From: an uncultured virus (IMG/VR IMGVR_UViG_3300032093_000084)
Lineage: Duplodnaviria > Heunggongvirae > Uroviricota > Caudoviricetes
Reading direction: 5' to 3' (one strand)
DNA length: 64,000 nucleotides
IMG/VR virus record: IMGVR_UViG_3300032093_000084
The notes below the pieces were generated by a model. It had not been told where the DNA came from, did no database searches, and saw only the letters and a program-made list of their open reading frames with translations. Every line of letters starts with the position of its first letter. Within the stretch, counting starts at the first letter, position 1. Positions 1-7,586 of the stretch are shown in pieces. The position numbers and the translations under genes were made by a program.

Positions 1-105
1 GAGATAGTAGGAGATGAAATTGAGGAAGCTCCTTTCTACCGCTTAAAGGATATAGCAGAAGAGTTAGAGTTAGAATTAGAGAAAGAGTTTGTTGGCTTAA
101 GTTAG
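1..105 (+). CDS. 3' end of acidic hypothetical early protein (partial)
   Basis: Open frame 1 EIVGDEIEEAPF...EFVGLS ending TAG at 103-105, followed by a terminator. Confidence 0.6.
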   Translation, partial: EIVGDEIEEAPFYRLKDIAEELELELEKEFVGLS

Positions 106-120
106 CCAGCAAACTTTTTT
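82..120 (+). terminator. Intrinsic terminator
   Basis: Stem GTTTGTTGGCT/AGCCAGCAAAC followed by T6. Confidence 0.8.
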
Positions 121-130
121 AACATTTTAT

Positions 131-161
131 TAGGATCGCATTGAAATAAACCTTATCTTTA
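131..161 (+). promoter_or_regulatory. Early promoter copy 1
   Basis: TAGGAT-17nt-TATCTTTA; one of 9 copies, Bacteroidetes TAnnTTTG-like -7 element. Confidence 0.8.
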
Positions 162-185
162 TTATAAGATAAAAAAATAAGAGAT

Positions 186-455
186 ATGACACACAAAGAG
201 TTTAAATTGACAGTTAAGAAAAACATTGTTGAAGATGCTGGTTATGGCAGAACGGCAGTGCATTACCGGGTAGGCGATACATTCACAGTTGATGAAGCAA
301 CGTTTGACAAATTGCAATCCGGAGCCACTATTGAGAGATACACACTAGAAGGTATAATCACACTTGACAAGTATAACTTTGAGAATGAAGTTCAAGTCAC
401 AACTATTACTATTGAGAATAGCACCCGCAAATTAGGACAACGTAAAAACAAATAA
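186..455 (+). CDS. Hypothetical early protein
   Basis: ORF downstream of early promoter with AAGAGAT-ATG start. Confidence 0.8.
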   Translation: MTHKEFKLTVKKNIVEDAGYGRTAVHYRVGDTFTVDEATFDKLQSGATIERYTLEGIITLDKYNFENEVQVTTITIENSTRKLGQRKNK

Positions 456-460
456 GAGTT

Positions 461-913
461 ATGAAAGAATCACAAATCATCCAACAAAGAATTGAGTCAT
501 TAGAAATTGACTTAGCAGAAGCACGCCAAGCGGTAGATGCAGTCAAGCGCGACGAAGCTGCAACCGGCACTAATGCAGAACGCAGAGAGTATGCCCAAGA
601 GTTGTATAGCAAGATCCTTGATCTCGAGTGTGATTCTGTAGACATAGAAAGTGATGCAGTAGATGTATTCATCGAGCGAGTGATTGATCCAGAGCACCGC
701 AAAGAGATTGCTGACGCATTATCCGGATCCGCATTTTTTGGATCTAGACCAATCATCCAAGTGTGCAATGATGCAACGGTTGATAAGATTATCTCGGTAT
801 TAGAAGCTTGTATTGATTATATTGACGACAATGGTGTATTGGATATGTGGGTTACGTATGATCCAGAGACTAATACCATTAAGCCGGAAGATGAAGATGA
901 AGAAGATGCATAA
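461..913 (+). CDS. Hypothetical acidic early protein
   Basis: 150 aa ORF, AAGAGTT-ATG start, N-terminal coiled coil. Confidence 0.8.
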   Translation: MKESQIIQQRIESLEIDLAEARQAVDAVKRDEAATGTNAERREYAQELYSKILDLECDSVDIESDAVDVFIERVIDPEHRKEIADALSGSAFFGSRPIIQVCNDATVDKIISVLEACIDYIDDNGVLDMWVTYDPETNTIKPEDEDEEDA

Positions 914-945
914 AAACATTTTATGAAACTTTTCGGAAAAAAGAT

Positions 946-976
946 TAGGATCTGAACATAAAAATGCTTATCTTTA
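946..976 (+). promoter_or_regulatory. Early promoter copy 2
   Basis: TAGGAT-17nt-TATCTTTA. Confidence 0.8.
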
Positions 977-998
977 AGTATATTAAAAAATAAGAGAT

Positions 999-1175
999 AT
1001 GACAAAAGCAGAACAAAGAGCAATTGCAAAGCAATTAAAAGAGAAAGTGAAGCAATCACAAGAGATGTTTGATGCACATTTTGCAAATCCAACGGATGCC
1101 AAAAGCCTTTCCTTTATAATTGGATTCCTTCAAGGCGCAATTAATTCCGCAACATTTGAGTTGGAACATTTCTGA
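999..1175 (+). CDS. Small hypothetical early protein (58 aa, not in ORF track)
   Basis: MTKAEQRAIAKQLKEK...ELEHF*, own promoter and AAGAGAT-ATG start. Confidence 0.8.
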   Translation: MTKAEQRAIAKQLKEKVKQSQEMFDAHFANPTDAKSLSFIIGFLQGAINSATFELEHF

Positions 1176-1194
1176 AAAAAAGTTTCAAAAAGAT

Positions 1195-1225
1195 TAGGAA
1201 CCGAACATTATTAACCTTATCTTTA
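1195..1225 (+). promoter_or_regulatory. Early promoter copy 3
   Basis: TAGGAA-17nt-TATCTTTA. Confidence 0.8.
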
Positions 1226-1279
1226 TATTAATAAGAGAAAGGGAATAGTCCCAAACCAAATTTGTAAATTGAGAGAGTT

Positions 1280-1678
1280 ATGAAAAAAGTAAATTTAGCA
1301 GACCAATTGAATGCATTTGCATCAGGCAAAATTATTGACAGCGCCGGAGACCAAAATGATTGTTTTAACTTTTATGATTGGTTCTGCAAGGATGCATCAT
1401 TGGAGCGCAAAGCAAATGCATTGTTCCCTAAGGTAAAAAAGTTCATTGCCGCAAATCCAGAGATTGACATTTTAAGCACATATGTGTTCTTTAAGAATAA
1501 TTGTCCGATGAATGGCCCATTGTATGATGATTTCCGTATATGCAATGCGGATGAAGTTTTATTCACAGTAATCCCTAAGTGCAGCCATTCCGGCAAAGCT
1601 GAAATATGGGGAAGAAATGATTCCGGCGTATTTGAATGCTTAAAACAAGCAGAAACATTTTCGAAACTTTTCTCCTAA
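1280..1678 (+). CDS. Hypothetical early protein
   Basis: 132 aa; FYDWFC and FKNNCPMNGPLYDDFRI motifs; GAGAGTT-ATG start. Confidence 0.8.
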   Translation: MKKVNLADQLNAFASGKIIDSAGDQNDCFNFYDWFCKDASLERKANALFPKVKKFIAANPEIDILSTYVFFKNNCPMNGPLYDDFRICNADEVLFTVIPKCSHSGKAEIWGRNDSGVFECLKQAETFSKLFS

Positions 1679-1683
1679 AAAAT

Positions 1684-1714
1684 TAGGTTCGCATTGAAAT
1701 AAACCTTAATTTTA
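1684..1714 (+). promoter_or_regulatory. Early promoter copy 4
   Basis: TAGGTT-17nt-TAATTTTA. Confidence 0.75.
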
Positions 1715-1736
1715 TATAAATTAAAAAATAAGAGAT

Positions 1737-1988
1737 ATGACAAAAGGATTTGAAAGATTTTGCGCAGTAGCTGGTACGAATGCGCAAGCAGCATTAGCTT
1801 CAGCAGTAGCCAAATTGACAAAAAATGGTTTGGAAGATGGCTTTGAAATTGAAGACATTATTGATTATTTAACTTATATGGTTGAAGTGGAAGCTGAGGT
1901 AGCGAAAGATGTACATGACGAGACATATTGGGCTGATGGCATTAACCAAGGCTTAGGATTGGATAATTTGAAAAGAAGGCACCAGTAA
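1737..1988 (+). CDS. Hypothetical early protein
   Basis: 83 aa, promoter plus AAGAGAT-ATG. Confidence 0.8.
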   Translation: MTKGFERFCAVAGTNAQAALASAVAKLTKNGLEDGFEIEDIIDYLTYMVEVEAEVAKDVHDETYWADGINQGLGLDNLKRRHQ

Positions 1989-2016
1989 AAAAGTTTAAAA
2001 AAAGTTTGCAAAAGAT

Positions 2017-2047
2017 TAGGATCGCATTAGATAATTCATTAAATTTA
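2017..2047 (+). promoter_or_regulatory. Early promoter copy 5
   Basis: TAGGAT-17nt-TAAATTTA. Confidence 0.75.
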
Positions 2048-2069
2048 TATAAATAAAAAAATAAGAGAT

Positions 2070-2261
2070 ATGGCTAAAGGCACAAAAAATTCCGGAAAGT
2101 TTCAGCAAGATGCAGTAGTAGGTCGCTTCATGGCAGACGCAAAGAAACCGCAAACGTTGAACGCAGTAGTTAAAGCAGCAATGGCGCAAGCAGAGCGAAA
2201 CAGAATCTATCGCGAAGCACAAGAAGCTAAAGCTAAGTTGAACCCACGCTTTGTTAAGTAA
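2070..2261 (+). CDS. Small basic hypothetical early protein
   Basis: 63 aa Lys/Ala-rich, AAGAGAT-ATG. Confidence 0.75.
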   Translation: MAKGTKNSGKFQQDAVVGRFMADAKKPQTLNAVVKAAMAQAERNRIYREAQEAKAKLNPRFVK

Positions 2262-2353
2262 TGGAAGCGGTAGTATTGATAGGCGCTGGCATCGTTACTA
2301 TAGTGTACTTTGTAGCAGTGATGGCCTTAATCATCATAACATTTGATAGATAA
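2261..2353 (+). CDS. 30-aa single-TM membrane peptide (not in ORF track)
   Basis: MEAVVLIGAGIVTIVYFVAVMALIIITFDR*, TAATG stop/start coupling. Confidence 0.6.
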   Translation: MEAVVLIGAGIVTIVYFVAVMALIIITFDR

Positions 2354-2373
2354 CGAGTTATAAAAAAAGAGAG

Positions 2374-3114
2374 ATGGCAAAAAAGATTCACGTAAGTAAT
2401 GGAGCAATTGTAACCGATGTAGCAAGCACACGTCGTTATGTTAAAGAGATTAAAAAGACTCAAGGTCTTAGCAAAGAGCAAGAGAACCAGTTAGCAACCG
2501 AAGCGCAAGCCGGATCCCTTAAGTCCCGCAACAAGTTGGTAGAAGCCAATCTCAAGTTTGCTATCCAGGTAGCTCGTCAATATCAAGGCATGGGCATAGA
2601 GTTAGAAGACCTCATTGCATTTGCCAATATGGGTTTGCTTGAAGCAGTAGATCGCTTTGACACCACAAAGAATGTCAAGTTCATTACCTTCGCAGTATGG
2701 TATATCAGAGCCGAGTTGCAAAAGGCCCTCAATGATTTGTCTCGCACGGTTAGGATCCCTTCGCACCGTACCAAGACTGAAGAATACTCAACCAAAAGCA
2801 TTCATACTCCAGTAGGCGATGATGAGAACAAAGAGACATATGCAGACCGCTACTTAGAAGCTGAGGCTACACGCTCACGTAGAGACATTGATGACCTTCG
2901 CTTTGATTTGCAACGCGCGTTGAATCAGTTGCCTGAGAAGCAACGCGAAGCCATTACACGCTTTTATGGTATTGACCGCGAGTATGCTCAGTGCATGGAG
3001 CAGATTGCCGAAGAGCTAGATGTTACCGGCGAGCGTGCACGACAATTGGTTAGAGCAGCAGAGAAGACACTCAGCACTATGCAAGGCATTGAATTGCTAG
3101 AACAATATCTTTAA
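2374..3114 (+). CDS. RNA polymerase sigma-70 family factor (RpoD/SigA-like, Bacteroidetes type)
   Basis: Region 2 NLKFAIQVARQY..DLIAFANMGLLEAVDRFD..KFITFAVWYIR; region 4 HTH EQIAEELDVTGERARQL. Confidence 0.92.
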   Translation: MAKKIHVSNGAIVTDVASTRRYVKEIKKTQGLSKEQENQLATEAQAGSLKSRNKLVEANLKFAIQVARQYQGMGIELEDLIAFANMGLLEAVDRFDTTKNVKFITFAVWYIRAELQKALNDLSRTVRIPSHRTKTEEYSTKSIHTPVGDDENKETYADRYLEAEATRSRRDIDDLRFDLQRALNQLPEKQREAITRFYGIDREYAQCMEQIAEELDVTGERARQLVRAAEKTLSTMQGIELLEQYL

Positions 3115-3167
3115 TATATCCAGCATTATACATAAGAAACTTTTATGAAACTTTTTTGCTAAAAGAT

Positions 3168-3198
3168 TAGGATCGCATTGAAATAAACCTTAAATTTA
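3168..3198 (+). promoter_or_regulatory. Early promoter copy 6
   Basis: TAGGAT-17nt-TAAATTTA. Confidence 0.78.
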
Positions 3199-3221
3199 TA
3201 TATCATTAAAAAATAAGAGAT

Positions 3222-3353
3222 ATGAAAAAAGAAAATGTATTAGTAGTAGGATTAATTGGAGTAATGTTTGCAGGATTAATATTGGTAGCATTTGGCAATC
3301 CATTGGGAGCGTTCTTAGTAGCGGGAGTGATAATGATAGGTGCAGGATTGTAA
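3222..3353 (+). CDS. 43-aa two-TM membrane protein (not in ORF track)
   Basis: MKKENVLVVGLIGVMFAGLILVAFGNPLGAFLVAGVIMIGAGL*, own promoter and AAGAGAT-ATG. Confidence 0.75.
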   Translation: MKKENVLVVGLIGVMFAGLILVAFGNPLGAFLVAGVIMIGAGL

Positions 3354-3354
3354 T

Positions 3355-3453
3355 ATGATACCACAAGGATACACACCGGAGCAGTTTGGACGAATAGTTT
3401 GTCAGGCTGTGTTAGCAGTAGAAGCATTAGTATACGTAGAAATTTATAACTAA
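3355..3453 (+). CDS. 32-aa hypothetical peptide (not in ORF track)
   Basis: MIPQGYTPEQFGRIVCQAVLAVEALVYVEIYN* fills the gap between neighbours. Confidence 0.5.
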   Translation: MIPQGYTPEQFGRIVCQAVLAVEALVYVEIYN

Positions 3454-3458
3454 TAGAT

Positions 3459-3662
3459 ATGAAAGTATTTAAGTTTGAAGAAAGGATCCCGGCAACGGTT
3501 GTGCAATGCTATGAGGTAATTGCAGAGACTGAGGAAGAGGCATTGGCAATGGTACAAGATGGTTCCGGATTCCAAAGGGCCTATACATCTACTAATGGCT
3601 ATGGCGAGTTTGAATTGTTTGATACTGAAGAATTGCCAGATCTGGCAAATGATTTGCCATAG
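3459..3662 (+). CDS. Small hypothetical protein (YEVxAExxEEA motif)
   Basis: 67 aa; similar to 4237-4425. Confidence 0.75.
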   Translation: MKVFKFEERIPATVVQCYEVIAETEEEALAMVQDGSGFQRAYTSTNGYGEFELFDTEELPDLANDLP

Positions 3663-3693
3663 TAAAAAAGTTTAAAAAAAGTTTGCAAAAGAT

Positions 3694-3724
3694 TAGGATC
3701 GCATTGAAAAAGTCCTTATCTTTA
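3694..3724 (+). promoter_or_regulatory. Early promoter copy 7
   Basis: TAGGAT-17nt-TATCTTTA. Confidence 0.8.
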
Positions 3725-3771
3725 TTATAAGGAAATAAGGGAAATGGTTCCCGAATTAAAAAAAGAGAGTT

Positions 3772-4158
3772 ATGAAAAAAGAAAATTTGATTGGAAGATT
3801 AGAAGGAGCAAAGTTAATGTCATCACAAGTTGACATCGACAAAGTGATTGAGTTGATCAAGGCATTAGATGAGCCGCAAGCAGTAGGCCCAGTGTTTGAT
3901 GACTTATTAATTGAGCGCTTGAGTGAGGAGATTGAAAGTGCATTAGATTATAACTGCGGAGACTTGTTTGACACAGACACTGCAGAGTTCTCCCTAAACT
4001 ATAACAACCAAATTGAGTTGGAGCGTGTAGAGATTAATGTGCGCGAAGTGATGGAGCATGTGACAGCCAAGATGCAATTGGTGCTTGAGGCATTTGAGTT
4101 AGAAGCTGCAGATGAAGAGGCAGAAGCTGAAGAAGAAGGCACGCTCCGCGATGAATAA
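3772..4158 (+). CDS. Acidic hypothetical early protein
   Basis: 128 aa very Glu/Asp-rich. Confidence 0.8.
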   Translation: MKKENLIGRLEGAKLMSSQVDIDKVIELIKALDEPQAVGPVFDDLLIERLSEEIESALDYNCGDLFDTDTAEFSLNYNNQIELERVEINVREVMEHVTAKMQLVLEAFELEAADEEAEAEEEGTLRDE

Positions 4159-4236
4159 GACATCTAGATCTAGATAGGGATCCGTCCCCGGGCCAGCTCA
4201 AAAGGTTGGCCCATGCGGACGTGTAAAACGAGAGAT

Positions 4237-4425
4237 ATGACAAAGTACACAATTGTAAGACAAGTATTGGTAGAAGAGATCTATGAGGTGGTTGCTGAAT
4301 CATCCTTAGAAGCATTGACATTGGCAAAGGCAGGTACCGGCTTAAATGAATCCTTTATTGTGGATCCGGGAAGCTTCCGAATCGAAGGATTATCCCCGGG
4401 ATATTATCGAGTAAAAAAAGATTAA
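4237..4425 (+). CDS. Small hypothetical protein (YEVxAES motif); start reassigned from 4213
   Basis: GAGAGAT-ATG at 4237 matches the early start motif. Confidence 0.7.
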   Translation: MTKYTIVRQVLVEEIYEVVAESSLEALTLAKAGTGLNESFIVDPGSFRIEGLSPGYYRVKKD

Positions 4426-4442
4426 AAAAGTTCCTAAAAGAT

Positions 4443-4473
4443 TAGGTTAATTGAATAAAAATGCTTATCTTTA
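4443..4473 (+). promoter_or_regulatory. Early promoter copy 8
   Basis: TAGGTT-17nt-TATCTTTA. Confidence 0.78.
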
Positions 4474-4518
4474 TATAAGCAGAAAGGGAAAGGCCCAAGA
4501 CGCATTTTAATTTAAATC

Positions 4519-5478
4519 ATGAGAGAGATGATGAACAATGTTTTTGAACCAGTAAGAGTAAAAGGTAAGTTAATGGGTAAGAATGTGGCCACAGGCCAAT
4601 TCGCATCCAAGGATCAAATCCGACACATTCAATTGCTTAATGCAGAGAAGAACCGTGAGGTATTGTTTGTGTCAGCAACAGGTCGTGTTACACGAGTACC
4701 GGCAGCAGAAGCAGGAGTTGCAACGACTCCACCACCAGTAATGAAGTTATCATTCCTTCAAGCAAAAGAGTCGCAATGTCCGGAGGAGATGTTCCAGAAC
4801 ATTGAGCGACTCACTAAAATGGTAGGCCGCGGCATTCAACCATCCTTAGTAATTACAGGTGGCGCCGGCACTGGTAAGACTCACCTTGTAAAGAGTACAT
4901 TAGAAGGTATGGGCTTGACAGAGTCGACGGACTTCGTTCACTTCAAGGGTCGTGCTACCGCAGCCGGTTTGTTTGTTACCCTTTATGAGAACAGTGACAA
5001 GATTATTGTATTGGATGACTGCGATAGCGTGTTCAAGGATGACGATGCAGTGAATATCCTTAAGGGTGCTTTGGATAGCTATGACACACGCAAGATTAGT
5101 TACATCAGCACCAAGAGCCTCAAAGATGAATATGGCAGTGAAGTGCCGCGCCACTTTGAGTTCTCGGGTCGCATCATCTTCATCAGCAACATATCACAAA
5201 GCAAATTGGATGAGGCAATTCGCTCACGCAGCTTTGTAGCAGATGTAGAGTTGACTACCGAGCAAATGTTTACCAGAATGTCGCAGTTGGCAAACAAGAT
5301 GGAGTCACGCATTCCTCAAGCAGCCAAGGACCAGGCATTGGAATTGATGAAAGAATTGGATAAGGAGTTTGAAGGAGTAGAAGTTAACCTCCGTAGCTTT
5401 ATCAAGGCAGCACGCATTTGCGCAATGGGCTTTGACAATCCGAAGATGATGATTGCAGAACAAATCATCCCCGCATAG
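4519..5478 (+). CDS. AAA+ family ATPase (start may be 4528)
   Basis: Walker A GGAGTGKT, Walker B IIVLDDCD, sensor ISN, Arg finger AIRSRS. Confidence 0.85.
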   Translation: MREMMNNVFEPVRVKGKLMGKNVATGQFASKDQIRHIQLLNAEKNREVLFVSATGRVTRVPAAEAGVATTPPPVMKLSFLQAKESQCPEEMFQNIERLTKMVGRGIQPSLVITGGAGTGKTHLVKSTLEGMGLTESTDFVHFKGRATAAGLFVTLYENSDKIIVLDDCDSVFKDDDAVNILKGALDSYDTRKISYISTKSLKDEYGSEVPRHFEFSGRIIFISNISQSKLDEAIRSRSFVADVELTTEQMFTRMSQLANKMESRIPQAAKDQALELMKELDKEFEGVEVNLRSFIKAARICAMGFDNPKMMIAEQIIPA

Positions 5479-5500
5479 AAATCATATCTCTCAATATGAA

Positions 5501-5528
5501 GGATCCGGCATCGAAAGGTGTCGGATTC
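5501..5528 (+). terminator. 12-bp GAAA-tetraloop hairpin after ATPase gene (terminator or 3' stabiliser)
   Basis: GGATCCGGCATC-GAAA-GGTGTCGGATTC with G-U pairs; weak U-tract. Confidence 0.55.
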
Positions 5529-5565
5529 TACTGTAAAAAAAGTTTAAACAAAGTTGTCAAAAGAT

Positions 5566-5596
5566 TAGGATCCGAACATAATAAACCTTATCTTTA
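5566..5596 (+). promoter_or_regulatory. Early promoter copy 9
   Basis: TAGGAT-17nt-TATCTTTA. Confidence 0.8.
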
Positions 5597-5617
5597 TATA
5601 AATAAAAAGATAGAGAT

Positions 5618-5803
5618 ATGACAAAGAAAGAAATGATTGCAAAGATCCAAGAAGCAGAGCGCAAGGCTTGGGTATCGTATAATGATGCAAAGGAGCTTGC
5701 TGAAACGGATCGCTTCGGCACATTGGCTAACGAGTTAGAGAAACAATCCAGAACACGTTGGGCCACATTGTACGAGTTAATGAATGACTTAGAGATAGCA
5801 TAA
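5618..5803 (+). CDS. Hypothetical early protein
   Basis: 61 aa helical, AGAGAT-ATG. Confidence 0.75.
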   Translation: MTKKEMIAKIQEAERKAWVSYNDAKELAETDRFGTLANELEKQSRTRWATLYELMNDLEIA

Positions 5804-5858
5804 GCATAAAGAGTATAGAGTAAGTAAACCAAGTAACCAATAATAAAAACAAAGAGAT

Positions 5859-6059
5859 ATGGCAAACACAAAAGAGTTCATCCAAGTACAATTGAAAACA
5901 TTAGACAATGGCTTTGTAGCTACTCCAGAGACAAGAGACAACCTAGAAGCATTTGCCAGAGCCAACAACGGAAGCTCGGACATCGTCCTAATGCAAATGG
6001 CAATTCAATATGGCTACAAGCTAGCATTAGAGACAGTGTTAGAGACATTGCCCGAGTAG
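5859..6059 (+). CDS. Hypothetical early protein
   Basis: 66 aa, AAGAGAT-ATG. Confidence 0.75.
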   Translation: MANTKEFIQVQLKTLDNGFVATPETRDNLEAFARANNGSSDIVLMQMAIQYGYKLALETVLETLPE

Positions 6060-6070
6060 GATTTATATAT

Positions 6071-6200
6071 AAGGGGTAGCAATGGGGGGTGTAATAGCCC
6101 CCCTTTTTTTATGGGGCAGCCCCCCCGGTTTGACCCCTATTAGCCCCCCCTAAAACAGGGGGGTGGGGGAGGGTTTCGTTAAGGGGTAAAAGACCCCCTG
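6071..6200. other. G/C homopolymer-run multi-hairpin island
   Basis: Clustered G4-G6 and C4-C7 runs forming several stems in an AT-rich genome. Confidence 0.75.
6084..6110 (+). terminator. Intrinsic terminator closing the early region
   Basis: GGGGGGT-GTAATA-GCCCCCC-T7. Confidence 0.75.
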
Positions 6201-6369
6201 GTTGAGGATGGAGGTTATATATGTTTTTCTCGCACGGGTAAAAATTTTTGCTATATAGGTGCTCTTTATTGATATGACGGTGTCATAGGAGCTATATAAT
6301 AAGGGTAGTACGTTTCGGACCATCATTTCCCGTCGGTCATGATATTCCTCTCCATATTCCCATGACTCT

Positions 6370-6377
6370 ATATTTAT
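6370..6377 (+). promoter_or_regulatory. Late promoter motif ATATTTAT
   Basis: First of about 22 intergenic copies oriented with the downstream gene (all listed in findings). Confidence 0.7.
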
Positions 6378-6400
6378 ATTAAACTAAATACGGATATATC

Positions 6401-6736
6401 ATGAAAAATACATTGGCAGAAAATATGCGACGCTTTGGTACCAAGAACTTGACAGAACAACATGTTAATGCAACAACGGGTGTCGATGCCAATAAAGCAT
6501 ATTTTGAAAAAACACCCACAGGTACCATGCAAACTGACAATAGAAAGCCCGTCATGTTGAACCGCGTCGAAGTAGAACCTGGTACTGAATTAGCAAATTC
6601 TACGATTGCAGATTACAATCTTAAATCAGATAAACGTTTGTATGGCACAAAAACATGGACATACACGTATAAAAATGGCGCATTAAGTCTTCGCGATGAG
6701 CAAGGCTATACTGCATGGATACGAATTTCAAAATAA
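6401..6736 (+). CDS. Putative internal virion protein with LAENMRRFGTKNL leader
   Basis: Leader shared with 8222, 21639(-), 19163(-). Confidence 0.7.
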   Translation: MKNTLAENMRRFGTKNLTEQHVNATTGVDANKAYFEKTPTGTMQTDNRKPVMLNRVEVEPGTELANSTIADYNLKSDKRLYGTKTWTYTYKNGALSLRDEQGYTAWIRISK

Positions 6737-6740
6737 CAAA

Positions 6741-7277
6741 ATGATACGATTAAAAGACTTATTATCGGAAATTACATTGGGGAGCGTGACACCGTACGCG
6801 ACCCAATTTGTGTGGCAAGACAAATATCGAGATGGGGATATGTGGGAAGCTGATATCGCGGCCGATTCCCAGCCCATCAAACTAGTAATGCAACGTTGGA
6901 AAACCCCTATGCCAAATTTTGAATATGAATATCAATTTGCATTCTTTACTAGGGGACGAGACAATTCGGGCTGGTCAACCAGTGCAAGCAATACTGCGGC
7001 AACAGGCGGTTTAAACGTGCTTGCTCTGTTGAAAACAGTTGCACTTGCTATACGCGATTTTGCCGATCAAAATGCTAATGCTGATGTGATTGATGTTACT
7101 GGGGCTGATTCTGATTATGATAAAGGTGAACAAAAAAGTCGCATCTATCAAGCACTATTTGCGGAGAATGGAATGACGTCTGGATTTTCTATGAAATCAT
7201 ATGGCGGTAAATTATATTTAATAAAAACGGGCATCAACGGGCGTACCGCAGATGCAACAGGAGTAAGCAATGATTAA
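6741..7277 (+). CDS. Putative internal virion protein (MIRLKDLLSE leader); start reassigned from 6696
   Basis: ATG 6741 gives the shared 10-aa leader. Confidence 0.7.
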   Translation: MIRLKDLLSEITLGSVTPYATQFVWQDKYRDGDMWEADIAADSQPIKLVMQRWKTPMPNFEYEYQFAFFTRGRDNSGWSTSASNTAATGGLNVLALLKTVALAIRDFADQNANADVIDVTGADSDYDKGEQKSRIYQALFAENGMTSGFSMKSYGGKLYLIKTGINGRTADATGVSND

Positions 7278-7584
7278 AATGAAATCGTTGGTTTTTGAAC
7301 AACCAACAAACACTGTGTCTGAAGGCGGGTTATTAGATGTATTAGAACAATACAAATCTATATTTGGAACGGCTCTTCAAAGCGTTGAAACGCTACAATA
7401 TGATATCGATAGTGAAGACATACTTAAAAACAATGCTATCACTTTGCTTAAAGCATACATTGAATATGTTGATGCAACGGCTGAAACATTTCGCACATAT
7501 GGTGATTCGCAAAGTATTGATGATATTATCTTGGATGCTACGGGTGGCATCAAAACAAATATAGATAACAATTTAGAATATTAA
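7270..7584 (+). CDS. Hypothetical protein (MIKMKSLVFE leader)
   Basis: 104 aa, overlapping coupling. Confidence 0.7.
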   Translation: MIKMKSLVFEQPTNTVSEGGLLDVLEQYKSIFGTALQSVETLQYDIDSEDILKNNAITLLKAYIEYVDATAETFRTYGDSQSIDDIILDATGGIKTNIDNNLEY

Positions 7585-7586
7585 TC

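Noticed and set aside
120..5620. Repeats as a CRISPR array or mobile-element ends
   Set aside because: Copies are degenerate, hundreds of bp apart, separated by whole genes, and have promoter geometry
178..5860. AGAG as a Shine-Dalgarno for an alternative UCUCA anti-SD
   Set aside because: It lies only 0-2 nt from the start codon, too close for normal SD spacing
6061..6365. tRNA or tmRNA in the GC-rich gap
   Set aside because: No T-loop GTTC motif, cloverleaf spacing or CCA end recognisable
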